DNA of 64,000 nucleotides, taken from assembly GCF_001194135.2 (NCBI RefSeq), contig NC_068988.1, forward strand, positions 2,906,879-2,970,878, given 5' to 3'. The notes beneath the pieces are model-generated. The model was given only the letters and a program-made list of their open reading frames with translations. It did not search any database and was not told the origin of the DNA. Below are positions 25,431-35,461 of the stretch, piece after piece. The stretch is from Octopus bimaculoides (Eukaryota). The position numbers were made by a program, and so were the translations under genes. The number at the start of each line of letters is the position of its first letter. Position 1 is the first letter of the stretch.

Positions 25431-25777
25431 TTTACAGTTTCTACTCAAATTCTACTTGGAAGGTATTAACAAAACAAAACTACTAGAAGACATTTGTGCA
25501 ATGTACAGCACTATGGGATTGTTGTGTCAACGCCCCCAAGCAAAGGAGTAGGATCACCCAAGACATATAAATAGAGGTAGTCTAGCCATGGTAGAGCAGT
25601 TGAGTAGCCGTCATGTAGCGGTTGAGTAGAGATCATTCGAAGGTGCTAGATAGCAGTAGCTTGAGACATAACAGGGATAGAACCCAGAAAACCATGGTTG
25701 AACAGCAAACTTCTGAACCACATGTCTGCATCTGGACCATGATCTGTACATATACATGACATAGGCATGTCTATATT

Positions 25778-25837
<60 letters not shown>

Positions 25838-26854
25838 GTATTATGCATGTTTGTCTATAGGTGTATGTACACTTGCCCTAATGCTTATCTTATGGACAGA
25901 GAAAATTAATTGTGGACAGAAACTGTCATTTCATGTGTTAAATCAATATTTAGATGAACGATGGATGCATCAGCCATACATATAAACCTTACGACTAAAA
26001 TAACATGATGCAACATCGTCCATACGATCGGTATTTGTATTACATAAGAAAATGAATTTGTATAAGAAATTTTAATTATTACAGAACATCTTAATGTAAT
26101 GTAGACCTCTGAAGAATCCTTGCACACAATATTCTCTGCAAAGATTTACTTTCATTCTTTGTTTTATCACATTGCTAACTTCACTTCAATTTCCTATTCT
26201 AGATGTAGCTTAAAATTAGAACTTAGTCACGGAAAAGCAAAGCAGGAAATTAATTCATTCCTGCATTTGTTAGGGATTAATTTTTAATTGAAAATGGAAA
26301 AAACAAACAAACAAACAAATTATAAAATTAACTGCTTCTTTCTCTTTATTTTCATTCCATGCAGTGTTGCACCTTAGTCCATCCTTGGAGAAGAGACAAT
26401 ATGTATCTCAAGGTATACAACTCACCTCAATAATTTAAAGTTAGTTTCTACTTTCCAATGGAATGTGCCTCAGTAATTTGAAGGTTTACCACATCTGAGT
26501 ATGTCAGATGCAGCAAACTTTCTGTTGTCTTATATTTTCTTTGTGCTGTATATTGAGGAAGACTTAACAGCAACATCAGTGAAACAAAAAGGGAAGATCA
26601 AAGAGAGGTTTAGCATGGCTTCAGCTAATCTGGGAAGTTGGGAAATTCAGTCTCACGACTAAAACTGGACTTTATAGAAACAATGTCAAATCTGTCTTAA
26701 TGTGTTCTTTCATGATAATTCTTTGAGAATCACATAGCAATTGTCAAAGAAAGCTTTTGATAAACTGATGATGTAATAGAAAGACCAAAACGATCAAAGA
26801 TCCTTTCCAAGCCAGAAGCTCGTAAGGCACAACCCCATTGCAAAAATAATCATT

Positions 26855-26990
26855 TTCATCAATGTATTGGACTGAAATAATGTGAAATGTTCAGCTCAAG
26901 TATATAATGCACCACTTGGTCTAGGAATTGAAACCTCAATCTCATGATCATGAGTGCAACACCCCTAACCACTAAACCACTTGTCTCCAT
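26855..26990 (-). mobile_element. tRNA-headed SINE family F copy
   Basis: Minus strand GGTTTAGTGGTTAGGGGTGTTGCACTCATGATCATGAGATTGAGGTTTCAATTCCTAGACC (A/B-box-like); similar to 61730-61895. Confidence 0.65.
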
Positions 26991-27102
26991 GATGATGCTT
27001 ATGACCAAATTCACACACATACACGCATGCATAAACAAACACATTCGTTCTTTCATATATTTTTGCACTGTTCCAGAATTTTGATTATTTACCATGAATT
27101 TT

Positions 27103-27180
27103 CACCAGTCCACAGTCAAATCGTCCAACCCATGCTAGCATGGAAAGCGGACGTTAAACGATGATGATGATGATGATGAT
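27103..27180 (+). mobile_element. Very short RTE 3' end (family A) with (GAT)n tail
   Basis: CAGTCAAATCGTCCAACCCATGCTAGCATGGAAAGCGGACGTTAAACGATGATGAT, near-identical to the reverse complement of 63713-63780. Confidence 0.85.
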
Positions 27181-27334
27181 GAATTCTTTTAATGATTCTT
27201 TTATTGATGGAATCCTGGTTGTGATGTTTCTTTAAAACACTCCCATGTTATGAGTCTTAGATGGGAAAATGTGTACTGTATAACTTCAAGCCTCATCTCG
27301 AATGAAAACTATGTGAAGCAAATGTGTTTGAGAA

Positions 27335-27490
27335 GGTGCAGTCATGGCTGTGTGGTTAAGAAGCTTGCTTCCCAATCACGTGGTTTTAGGTTCAACCCCA
27401 TGGTGTAGCACTGAGCAAGTGTCTTCTACTATTGCACTGGGACAACCAAAGATTTGCAAGTGATTTGTTGCAATTAAAAGATGTCTATCA
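27335..27490 (+). mobile_element. SINE family C 5' part
   Basis: ATGGCTGTGTGGTTAAGAAGCTTGCTTCCCAATCACGTGGTTTTAGGTTCAACCCC...GAGCAAGTGTCTTCTACTAT. Confidence 0.8.
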
Positions 27491-28268
27491 TATGTATGTA
27501 TGTATGTATACATGTATGTATGTATGTGTGTGTGTGTATGCATATATGCATGTATGTATGTATGCATTTATGTATGTATGTATGTCCAGCATTTGCCATG
27601 ATCGATCACTATCCACTAAACCTTTTCTATTTTCTCTCCCTGTTTATTTATGTGTTCCTTCCTGTCGAAGAGCGTAGGCTCGAAATGTAAAAGGCTTTCT
27701 CACTTCCTGAGCGTTAAACTAATACATCTGTTTGTTCTTTACACACCCGTATTCATCTATTGTCTTTTTGTAAATTCTCACTATGTATGTATCTATGTTT
27801 GTATATAAAAGGTTAATAGAGTTAGAGACTGGAATAACCATCTAAGGGATAAAAGTATCTGTTCTACTACCAGTATAACTACCTATGTTAACCCTGGACA
27901 TACATGTGCAAGCATAATATGCTCATAGGTTACAGGTAATGACAAAGATAAACATGAGTTTATCAGGAATCAAATTTCTGTTTACTTTAAATTAGAGTAG
28001 TATATGGGTTCATAAAATCATGTGGCTATCACAGAATGCTCCTCTGATGGATTTGGCTATCAGACCACATAGTAACCCAACACAGAGTAGCATATTGCTT
28101 CCTAAGGATGACAACTAGCGAAATAAATATATTCACTTCTCATACCTCCTAACATTTTATGGTTTGTAAGTGTGTGTGCATGTATACGTATGTGTGTGTG
28201 TGTGTGTGTGTGTGCATGCGTGTGTGTACAAATGTGTGTCTGAGTCTTTATTTACATATTCTCCAAAG

Positions 28269-28347
28269 ATCACCAGCTACAAGTGGCGATGCCGTTGTCG
28301 CTTCATCAGCTGGTTTTATAAGTTTTGAAGAGGTGAAAAAACAACAG
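28269..28347 (+). CDS. Candidate internal coding exon of an unidentified host gene (SPATSGDAVVASSAGFISFEEVKKQQ)
   Basis: Acceptor TCTTTATTTACATATTCTCCAAAG, donor CAG/GTAAGC, 79 nt (phase 2 to 0), only one open frame, locally higher GC/CpG, not repeat-like. Confidence 0.6.
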
Positions 28348-29024
28348 GTAAGCATTATCAAAAAAGCAGGACTTCTGCTAGTATGAAAACCCATACATAA
28401 AGATGAACAAACTTTTCATTTCCATTCTACTGATTTCTTGTCAACTATATATTTCATAGATGTATTTACCTTAGCATTACTTATAGTGATGTCTAGCAAT
28501 ATTTTATTGAATCTTGTTGATTTTCTTTCTATTTTTCATGAAAATTCTTGAGTCTTTGCATGACAGAATAATGAAATCAACAAAAACGGTCAACACAATG
28601 CTTTCAAAACCTTACATTGCTAACAGTTCTTCCTTGTTTTATTAGAATCAGCTTTTGTTTCATCTTCTATGATTTAATAAAATATCTAATACGGCTTTTC
28701 TGAAAACGTTTCTGCAGAACCCAAGAGTTCTGTGAAAAATATTCTGATGATCCATGAAATAAGGTGATTTTTAATAGAATTTAATAAAAATTTGTTTCAT
28801 AAAAAACATATTCACCATAATGTATTATTTATTGTTGTTGTTGTTTAACATAAATAAATTCTCTCCCTAAAACAATTTCTATTTTATCTAACCATCATCA
28901 TCTTCATTATCATCATCGTTTTGACATCCACTTTCTTATGCTTGCTTGGATCAGACAAAATCTACTGAGGTAGGTTTTCTATGGCCAAGTGTTTTTCTTG
29001 TCACCAGCGCTCCTCTGTTTCCAG

Positions 29025-29413
29025 GCACTTGCAAAGACCTGTTGAAGACCAAGTGAAGAGATCGTTATGGGTGAGGACAGTACCACCTGGTTGGAACCCA
29101 TGTAAAAAGCACCATTTGAGCGTGGTTGATGCCAGTGCTGCCTGACTGGCTCCCATGCTGGTGGCACATGAAAAGCACTATTCAAGTGTGGTTGATGCCA
29201 GTACTGCCTGACTGGCCCTCGTACTGGTGGCATGTAAAAAGCACCCACTACCCTCTCGGAGTGGTTGGCATTAGGAAGGGCATCCAGCTGTAGAAACTCT
29301 GCCAGATCAGATTGGAGCCTGGTGCAGCCTCCTGGCTTGCCATCCCTCAGTCAAACTGTCCAATCCATGCCAGGATGGAAAGCGGATGTTAAACGACGAC
29401 AATGATGATGATG
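29025..29413 (+). mobile_element. RTE LINE 3' UTR copy (family A) with two ~65-bp internal repeats
   Basis: CAAAGACCTGTTG start aligns with 53150; two AAAAGCAC...GCCTGACTGGC...TGGTGGCA units; ends GGAAAGCGGATGTTAAACGACGACAATGATGAT. Confidence 0.9.
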
Positions 29414-29474
29414 GACAGCCTTGTTTTTGCAGATTATCGGCAGTGTTACTCATTTACATCTATTTGCTTGCCTG

Positions 29475-29685
29475 GCAGTGTTACTCATTTACATCTATCA
29501 CAATGTCAAGGCAAGGAGACACACACATACATTGGGCTTCTCCCAGTTTTCACCTACCGAATTCACTCATAATATTTTGATCAGTTCAAGGCTATGGAGG
29601 AAGACACTTGCCAATGGTGCTATGCAGTGGAATTGAACCTGAAACAATGTAATTGGGAATCAAATTTGTTAACCACATAGCCAAT
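29475..29685 (-). mobile_element. Degenerate SINE family C
   Basis: AAGGCTATGGAGGAAGACACTTGCCAATGGTGC...GAATTGAACCTGAAAC...TTAACCACATAGCCA. Confidence 0.7.
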
Positions 29686-30593
29686 GTTTTGTAAAATTAG
29701 GGCAGCAAAGGTTGTCCTTAAAATACAGAAATTGGTTCTATGATTGATTGGAGAATGGCATGTAGGCTTTACAATGAAATAAGTCTGAGGACCACTGATG
29801 CCATGTGCTGTATTTTCTAAAAGATCAGTTGCCTACGTCTACCTTTACAATTTAAAAAAGGAGTGCCGGTCTAACTAAACGAAAGTATTTTATCATATTT
29901 GTTAAAAATCAATTTCAGAGTTGAATAAATTTAGAAAATGTTTTCCTCTGGTTCCCTCTCTATGTTCTGCTAAATTAGTAAACTCAAATATTCCACAACT
30001 TAATACACACCGAAGTGAATTTAGCAAGGCAAAAACCAAAATAAAAAAAAAAAACAAAAAAATAAATAACAAAAAAGGTAAAATAAGAAAAGAGAGAAAA
30101 GTTGTGTTGCTGCCAAGCTTCAATTAATAAACAATGTTATCCTTGCAGTAATCTGGAGAGATGGAGATAATGTTTTATAAATCTGTAAAATAAAAGAAAC
30201 GAATGAAGAAAAGACAATTGATTTCAAGTAGAAATTTGAAGGAGAAGAAGAAATCAATGAATAAAAATGGTTTTTGCTTGTTTTCATTTTTCTGAATTAG
30301 ATGTGTGAACAGTTATCGCAGAATGAGGAAAATGTTTTCATATTCTTATTCATTCAATGAACGAGTAGTTAGTTTATTTCTTTGTCTGTTGATGTGTCTT
30401 TTTTTTTAAAAATCTTTATTTGATTTTTATTTGTAGAATACATGTATTCTAGAAAAAGAAAATCAATTAAATGAAGATAGCCCTCCAAAAATATCACAAA
30501 ATGCAAAACACAAAATGTAAACTGCTGTACAAGATGTTTAAGTACTGAAATAATTGGTTAAAAAAGGATTTTATGAATAATGATAATAATAAC

Positions 30594-30643
<50 letters not shown>

Positions 30644-31379
30644 TAATAAGTGAATGAATTAGTTAAATAACAGACATAGAAAAGTGAAAGAATCAACAGA
30701 AGCATTCTTCAAGAGACATTTAGTGCACAGTCTGGGAAACTCTCAAATACAATTGTTTTGTTCAGAGACAGCGATGTGTTATCCTAGAAGAAGAAAATTA
30801 TTCTCATTGTTATCAATTTTTGAGGAATTCTAATGACATTCCTCTTTCTAATATAATTGTCGATACTGCTTTCTTTTTTCTTTTTGCTTTTTATATAGTT
30901 TCTACCATTCTGACTTGTTAACTCAATGATCTATCATTTCATTTACGATGTTAAAAACGATTAACAAAAAGAAAAAAAAAAAGAAAAAGATATTAGTTAA
31001 AATATAACTAAACTATATCCCAATATCAACAGAACAACAACAATAATAAAAAGTGTATAACCACATGTACTTTATTGGCCACAAGGGCAACAAAAGATGC
31101 AACATTATGTAGAGGAATTACAAAAATTCTAATTGTTATAATGGTTTCAAATTTCAGGGGTAGAGCTTATTCTGGTAAATACATTGGAATCATCATCATC
31201 ATCATAAAACGTACATTAAATGATGAGGATGATTCCAATGGATTGTCAGAATCTTCAGAAGAAGTACCTCTTGGTATTTGTGCAGGTTCTTCATATCCTG
31301 AGTTCCAACCCACCTGAGTTTAAGTTTGTTTTTATTCTTCTGGGTTCCATATTGCGATTAGAATTAAAACAGTGAGCTG

Positions 31380-31631
31380 GCTATGTCGTTACCCCATCTG
31401 ACGGTTCTCACTAATGAGAATACCAAAAATGAACCTGACCACTCTCAAAAATGAAGTAAAAAAATACGGAAAAATAATCCAGAATCCTTGTCCGGTACCG
31501 GATCGAGGCCAAACATCCCTGAAAGTTTCGTTCAAATCCATCCAGCACTTCTTGAGATATCTTATCTACGGACAAACAAACAAACACGACTGAAAACAAT
31601 ACCCTTGCCTTCACTAAAGCGGAGGTAATAA
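31380..31631 (-). mobile_element. Helentron/DINE-1-like non-autonomous element, 5' part
   Basis: Minus strand starts TTATTACCTCCGCTTTAGTGAAGGCAAGGGTATTGTTTTCAGTCGTGTTTGTTTGTTTGTCCGT...GGATGGATTTGAACGAAACTT, the TTATTACCTCCGC + GTTT/GTCC microsatellite layout I associate with this group; no matching 3' hairpin seen. Confidence 0.55.
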
Positions 31632-32500
31632 TAACTAGTAATACTCATGGAAATTTCACCATGATTACAAAACCTTTTAGATTGTTCTAAGTTTATATAT
31701 ATAGAACCATAAAAATTAGCGCTCCTTTATAAAGTGCATATTCTGTATAATTTTCATTTACAAACACCATTCAGTTCTTCTGGATAAGATGTTAATTGAG
31801 GGAGTATGACTTTCCCATTCTCTCAGCAGTTCAGGGGTTCTTTTTTGATGCTCTCTCTCTGATTTACCTTTTATATTCTAGCTTGACACATTCCCTTATC
31901 TGTTATAAATACTCACTCTATACTCTTTGATTCATATTTTCCCCCCTACACGCCAATGCTCCCATGCTTGTTCTAATGACCCAACCCTCTGCTTTTCATA
32001 ACGTCATTGCCTGTACTGTCTAATTCTTTCTCTTGTTAGCTTATATCGTTTGTCGTCCATAGCTTATAAATAAACATCAATTTTTGAGTGAACAGATGAT
32101 CAATAACAGCAGGTATGCACATGCATTAAGTGACAGGTGATATAAAAAATTAGTTCAATTAAAATAAAACTTCATTCTTCACTATCCACTCACCACCACC
32201 ACCTCCACCACTATCATCTCCCTCTACTTCCTCTTTCTTTCTCTCTCTCTCTCTCTCTGCCTTTCTTTAACCTCACCATCAGAACGTCACCCCTCTGCTA
32301 AACATTGTATTTCTAACTCTCTTTCTCTACATCACTACCCCCAAGCTACAACAATGCCATGGAGGAAAACAAAAACAACCACTGCTACTACTGCTGCTGC
32401 TAATGATGATGATGATAATGATGATGAAGATGTAAATGAGGATGAGGATGAGAAGGATGAGAATGAAAAGGAAGAGGAGGTAGAGGAGGTGTTTGAGGAG

Positions 32501-32532
<32 letters not shown>

Positions 32533-32889
32533 GGAAGATAGAATTATGATTTGTAGCTATTACAATTATAGCTGCTATTATCACTAAGGAAGTGAATCAT
32601 TTGAGCATTTGCGCCTTGAATATCTCCATTTGAGCCTTGAATATCTCCAGAGAAGTCCTCATGATAGATAAAGGTAAAAACTATTGTCTTGACTATTGTA
32701 CTTTCAAAAGTGAAGACTTGATCAAAACAGGGGCTGAAACTATCAGCCATGCTTCTGACTATTTATTTCTACCCTAGATTTCTAGAGCAAAGAAATAAAC
32801 ACAAAAGTAACAATAAAAACACATCAGAAACAATGTAAATCGATGGCCTGACATCAATTGTAATATAGGAAAGTGGTTAAAGCATAGTA

Positions 32890-33152
32890 AACTTTGGGTG
32901 ACATGTGTCAGGTGACGCCAAAAGAGATTTTCAAGGACCCTGATGGTCATTGGGCCATAACGGAATTGTGCCCAGCTGAAGGTACCAAGACGAAACGGTG
33001 TGAGATTGATGGTACAGTTCAATGAGTCTTTTTACTGCTTTTCTTGTAGTACAAATCACTTCCGGACTGATTGCTTCAAAGAACTGGAAAAACTGAAACG
33101 GCAACAAGAACAAGAAATCACACTTTTTAGAGCACTATCAAGCAAACTCTAG
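32890..33152 (+). pseudogene. Possible piggyBac transposase C-terminal Cys-rich remnant (alternative: host terminal exon 33050-33152)
   Basis: VTPKEIFKDPDGHWAI...TKRC, then after a 1-nt shift SFYCFSCSTNHFRTDCFKELEKLKRQQEQEI, resembling D..GHW...RC...FYC..C...H...CF. Confidence 0.4.
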
Positions 33153-33697
33153 GGAATGGTAAATCCCTTTATACTGAGTATCTAAAAAACAGTTACAATG
33201 ACACAAATACAGGTAGGCTTCAGAATATAAACAATATGTAAAAAATAGATTATTAATAAAATTAAAAGACATTACATTGAACATACAAGCGAATACCCCA
33301 AATACATTGATGTTTTTCAACACCAAATGACTCAAAAAGTGCTTGCTGGTGCATTTGGCTGCATTTGTACATAATTCAAAACATGGTTAAAAGTATCATG
33401 GGTTACCCTAACTCAACATAGGTAATCCTTCATATTTTATTTCCTTTCAATCACTTGTTTTAATTATTGTGTCTTTTATTGCACTTTTTTTAATTTTTGT
33501 ACAAATATATGTACTTTTAAAATTTCAATCCCGCCTTCCACATTATTATATAACATCTCTCATCTCTTCTTTCCATATTTCTAGGCTTGTCTTTCACATT
33601 CCAATTTTCTTTTTCTTCATTTGTAATCTGTGTAAAAATTTCAATTTTTTTTCATTTTTGTATTTCTTTCATCCATTGTCGCCCCTGGTAGCCAACT

Positions 33698-33934
33698 AGC
33701 AGAATCCTTACCATACCAGGAAAAAGTGCCTAGAAGCACTTCGTCCTGCTTTACATCCTGAATTCAAATTCTGACAAGTTTGCTTTTGTCTTTCAGGGCC
33801 AATAAAATAAGTTTCAGTTGAGTTTTGGAGTTGATATATTCGACTTCCCCCTACCCCAGCCCCTGAAATTGCTGGCCTTGTGCCAAAATTTGAAATCATC
33901 ATCATCATCATCATTATTATTGTAATTATTATTA

Positions 33935-33989
<55 letters not shown>

Positions 33990-34023
33990 CATCATCATCA
34001 TCATCAACGTCATCATCAACATT

Positions 34024-34082
<59 letters not shown>

Positions 34083-34123
34083 TATTATTATTATTATCAT
34101 TATTATTATTATTATTATTATTA
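33698..34123 (+). mobile_element. SINE family B copy with long compound (ATC/ATT)n tail
   Basis: AGCAGAATCC...CTGAATTCAAATTCTG...GAAATTGCTGGCCTTGTGCCAAAATTTGAAA then about 225 bp of ATC/ATT repeats. Confidence 0.8.
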
Positions 34124-34542
34124 ATAGAAGTGTTTGCTGTAGAAGTGAATATAGCAAATAATCGTTTACTGAGATATTCCTTCTTATTACCAAGATGATT
34201 TCACCAGCTTTTTAAATTAGATTTAGCAGCTGCTGGTGGGAAGTGAGTGAGTGTGAAGAAGACTATTTGAACTTAACTGGTCTTGTCAGCTTTTGTCAAG
34301 TTTCATTGATATTTGTTGATATTTGGGATTGGGAAAAAAAAAAACATACAATTTCCCACAAATTGTATTTCATGCTGTTTTGCTGTGAAAGCTGAGCTGA
34401 TTGAATCCAAACTACCAAATTGTTGCTGGTTCATATCCTGCTGTAAGTGCTGTCCACTGTCCATGGACAAACAAATTGGTTTTCTTCGCTTAGCTGGAAA
34501 TAAGAAAAACAGGGAAGTATTTTAAATTTTTATTTTTAGATT

Positions 34543-34637
34543 CAGGCATCGGTTAAGACGTTTACTTTGCAATCACGTGGTTTTTCAGTCCAGTTACTCT
34601 GTGTGGTACCTTAGGCATGTGTCTTCTATGATAGCCC
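34543..34637 (+). mobile_element. Degenerate SINE family C head
   Basis: CGGTTAAGACG...AATCACGTGGTTT...GTGGTACCTTAGGCATGTGTCTTCTATGATAGCC. Confidence 0.55.
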
Positions 34638-34785
34638 TTGTTTTTTATGAATGAATTTGTTAGATAGAACATGTGTGGATGCACATTTGTGTGTATGTGT
34701 ATATATACACACACATATATATATATATGCACATATACACACATATGTATATATACACACACACATTTATATATCTACACACACA

Positions 34786-35419
34786 AGACACAAGATGTGA
34801 TCTATTTCTAGTGCATTAATTGTCCACGTTAGTGGTCGACGTTATTTTTTAAAATGTACCTTAATCCCCTGAGATTGCAGATAATATTTCTGAATCTCTT
34901 TGATTCTTTAAATGTGCTGGCCCCCTGATAATTAATCGATATTAATTAATATATTAATATATGACTAATTACCAGATCTTATAATAATATTTACCCATTA
35001 CTCATGTTCTCATACTGAATATATTCGACGCAGTAAATATTTTCTGCGGATATATTCCTGGAATTAGCGCGCCAAAACGAAGACTTTTGAATTTTACCAT
35101 TAAGCTGTAATTAGCAGAACCATATGCACGCGCACCCATGGCGGTGGGCAACTATGTATACGATTCTGATAATTGCTGCTACATTACAAATCAGGCTGAT
35201 GAGGAATAGACAAATGGTAAGAATTTGTTAAATCCGAAACCTGGTTCCTGTTTAATAATGATTTTTTTAAGGTGATTTTAAATGTCTTGCCCACTCACGT
35301 ATTTGGTATGCTGCTATATTTCATGTTGAGAACTTTTTAGGTCTTAATAGACACAAGATGTGATCTATTTCTAGCGCATTAATTGTCCATGTTAGTGGTC
35401 GACGTTATTTTTTAAAATG
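34786..35419 (+). mobile_element. 563-bp unit with 71-bp terminal direct repeat containing a hammerhead ribozyme (retrozyme-like / Penelope pLTR-like)
   Basis: 34786-34856 and 35349-35419 are identical except 2 C/T transitions; (CA)n on both flanks; internal hairpins and a hammerhead fold. Confidence 0.7.
35182..35260 (+). ncRNA. Minimal type I hammerhead ribozyme
   Basis: Stem I 35182-35195 with 35247-35260; CUGAUGA 35196-35202; stem II 35203-35215 with 35223-35235 closed by G-C; GAAA 35236-35239; near-palindromic stem III ACCUGGU; predicted cleavage after GUU at 35246. Confidence 0.8.
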
Positions 35420-35461
35420 CACACACACAGATAGATAGATAGTAATATGTTTGTGTTTATA

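Noticed and set aside
26365-26412. 48-nt exon candidate after a strong pyrimidine tract
   Set aside because: Weak donor (GTATAC) and neither open frame is phase-compatible with the 28269 exon.
26765-26785. CTGATGA-TGTAATA-GAAA motif
   Set aside because: Stem II marginal; no stem I or III pairing.
35124-35216. Signal-peptide-like first exon MHAHPWRWATMYTILIIAATLQIRLMRNRQM with ATG/GTAAGA donor
   Set aside because: It overlaps the hammerhead core and its donor lies in loop II; the RNA structure and terminal repeat explain the region better. Not fully excluded without RNA-seq.
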